From the NCBI GenBank assembly GCA_035560415.1, contig DATMZG010000117.1:4887-68886 (forward strand): 64,000 nucleotides of DNA. Direction: 5' to 3'. Under the pieces are notes generated by a model, which was given only the letters and a program-made list of their open reading frames with translations, made no database searches and had not been told where the DNA came from. This document shows positions 63,325 to 64,000 of this stretch, piece by piece. This DNA comes from Candidatus Acidiferrum sp. Its GTDB lineage: Bacteria; Bacillota; Clostridia; Oscillospirales; Feifaniaceae. The position numbers and the translations under genes were made by a program. Position 1 is the first letter of the stretch. Each line of letters opens with the position of its first letter.

Positions 63325-63522
63325 CTATTTCCGAAGCAGCGTAAACAAATAGCTGACTGCGACAATGACTCCGGCCACGATGGCGCCGCCCTTGACCAGC
63401 CGCACAGCGACGCCCTCTTCACGGAAACCCGTAAAATAGCCCTTGAACCGGGCGAGAAACTCATCGCGGCGGCGCAGCTTGCGATAGCGCCTGAGCTGCT
63501 GTTTGATAAACGTTGTTTCCAT
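63325..63522 (-). CDS. small tail-anchored membrane protein, unknown function
   Basis: 65 aa. Strong RBS GAGGAGGG 6 nt before the ATG. Basic N-terminus 'QQLRRYRKLRRRDEF', one C-terminal TM 'GGAIVAGVIVAVSYLFTLL'. Has its own terminator. Confidence 0.5.
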   Translation of the reverse strand: METTFIKQQLRRYRKLRRRDEFLARFKGYFTGFREEGVAVRLVKGGAIVAGVIVAVSYLFTLLRK

Positions 63523-63603
63523 GCAACTCCCTCCTCATATTTCTTTCATCTATTTTATGACACCCGGGGACAGGCGTCAACTACTAATTTCAGGAGGTTG
63601 CAC

Positions 63604-63957
63604 ATGCAATACGTCATGGCCTTTGCGGTGGGCGGCGCAATCTGCGCAGTGGCCCAGGTGCTCATCGACCGCACCAAGCTGACCCCCGCGCGCATTGTCG
63701 TGCTCTTTGTCGTCTCGGGCGTCGCCTTGACGGCGGTCGGGGTCTACGACAAGCTGGTCGAAATCGGCGGGGCGGGCGCCACCGTGCCCATTTCGGGCTT
63801 TGGCTATTCGCTGGCCAAAGGGGTTGAAAAGGCCGTGGCAAGCCAGGGGGCGCTCGGCATTTTGACCGGCGGCATTACGGCGACGGCGGCCGGCATCACC
63901 GGCGCCATCTTCTTCGGGTTTATCATGGCCCTCGCCTTCAAGCCAAAGGCGAAATAA
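63604..63957 (+). CDS. spoVAE: stage V sporulation protein AE (SpoVAEb type)
   Basis: 117 aa from ATG 63604 (RBS AGGAGG 63592-63597; the track starts at TTG 63598). 'FAVGGAICAVAQVLID..KLTPA', 'GGAGATVPISGFG'. Confidence 0.88.
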   Translation: MQYVMAFAVGGAICAVAQVLIDRTKLTPARIVVLFVVSGVALTAVGVYDKLVEIGGAGATVPISGFGYSLAKGVEKAVASQGALGILTGGITATAAGITGAIFFGFIMALAFKPKAK

Positions 63958-64000
63958 GCAGACTTTGCATGATAAGGGGCAAACTGTCATAGTTTGCCCC

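Noticed and set aside
1-64000. Mobile elements, prophage, cas genes, toxin-antitoxin or other defence modules, tRNA/rRNA genes
   Set aside because: I looked through all ORFs and intergenic regions. No transposase, integrase, recombinase, phage structural, Cas, restriction-modification or nuclease/ATPase defence-type protein was recognisable, and no tRNA-like cloverleaf or rRNA sequence. This absence is by eye only and should be confirmed with tRNAscan, Rfam, ISfinder and DefenseFinder-type tools.

Overview
This is a 64-kb, visibly GC-rich, gene-dense chromosomal segment. It reads like a spore-forming Clostridia-type Firmicute; that is an inference from spoVAC/spoVAD/spoVAE, sepF-yggT-divIVA, acyl-CoA dehydrogenase-EtfBA and ferredoxin-linked oxidoreductases. 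I can support about 66 protein-coding genes, one TPP riboswitch, one small orphan CRISPR-like array, and a set of promoters and terminators.

Layout:
- (i) 1-16.8 kb, housekeeping: partial DUF885-like gene, miaB, ylbF-like, mutS-mutL-miaA-hfq, an HlyD-like membrane protein, yggS-sepF-yggT-divIVA-ileS-lspA-rluD.
- (ii) 16.7-17.8 kb: promoter, TPP riboswitch and thiT.
- (iii) 18.1-23.8 kb, minus strand: proS, WYL-like regulator, SGNH-like hydrolase, rnr, mini-PPTase.
- (iv) 24-34 kb, small independent units: tandem tyrosine phosphatase, 2-hydroxyacid dehydrogenase, CaCA antiporter behind a repeated leader, MBL hydrolase, AEC transporter, GNAT, thiE-HAD, gdhA, QueG-like.
- (v) 34.36-34.66 kb: decayed type I-C-like CRISPR remnant with no cas genes.
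- (vi) 34.6-42.9 kb: LysR regulator, Kal-like hotdog protein, 4-subunit 2-oxoacid:ferredoxin oxidoreductase, then M20 amidohydrolase, acyl-CoA dehydrogenase and EtfBA.
- (vii) 43-49 kb: Cys-rich hypothetical protein, NSS transporter, pnp, membrane hypothetical.
- (viii) 49-54.7 kb: operon joining a cytoplasmic DmsA-like molybdoenzyme to an AsrA/AsrB/HydD-type electron module.
- (ix) 54.8-59.9 kb: XRE-S24 repressor, then an operon of cysteine-desulfidase-like, ATC-hydrolase-like, amidohydrolase and RidA genes.
- (x) 60-64 kb: FMN-binding lipoprotein, threonine dehydratase, spoVAC-spoVAD-(antisense small gene)-spoVAE.

I recognised no rRNA, tRNA, transposase, integrase, phage structural or cas genes. 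Many long ORFs in the supplied track are antisense shadows of real genes, as expected in GC-rich DNA.

All product calls rest on motif-level recognition from memory, not on database searches. I see no clear-cut novel defence or mobile system. The candidates most worth follow-up are the Mo-enzyme/electron-module operon, the thiazoline/cysteine-type catabolic operon, the Kal-like/OFOR/Bcd-Etf locus, the orphan CRISPR-like array, and the tandem repeated leader upstream of the cation antiporter.
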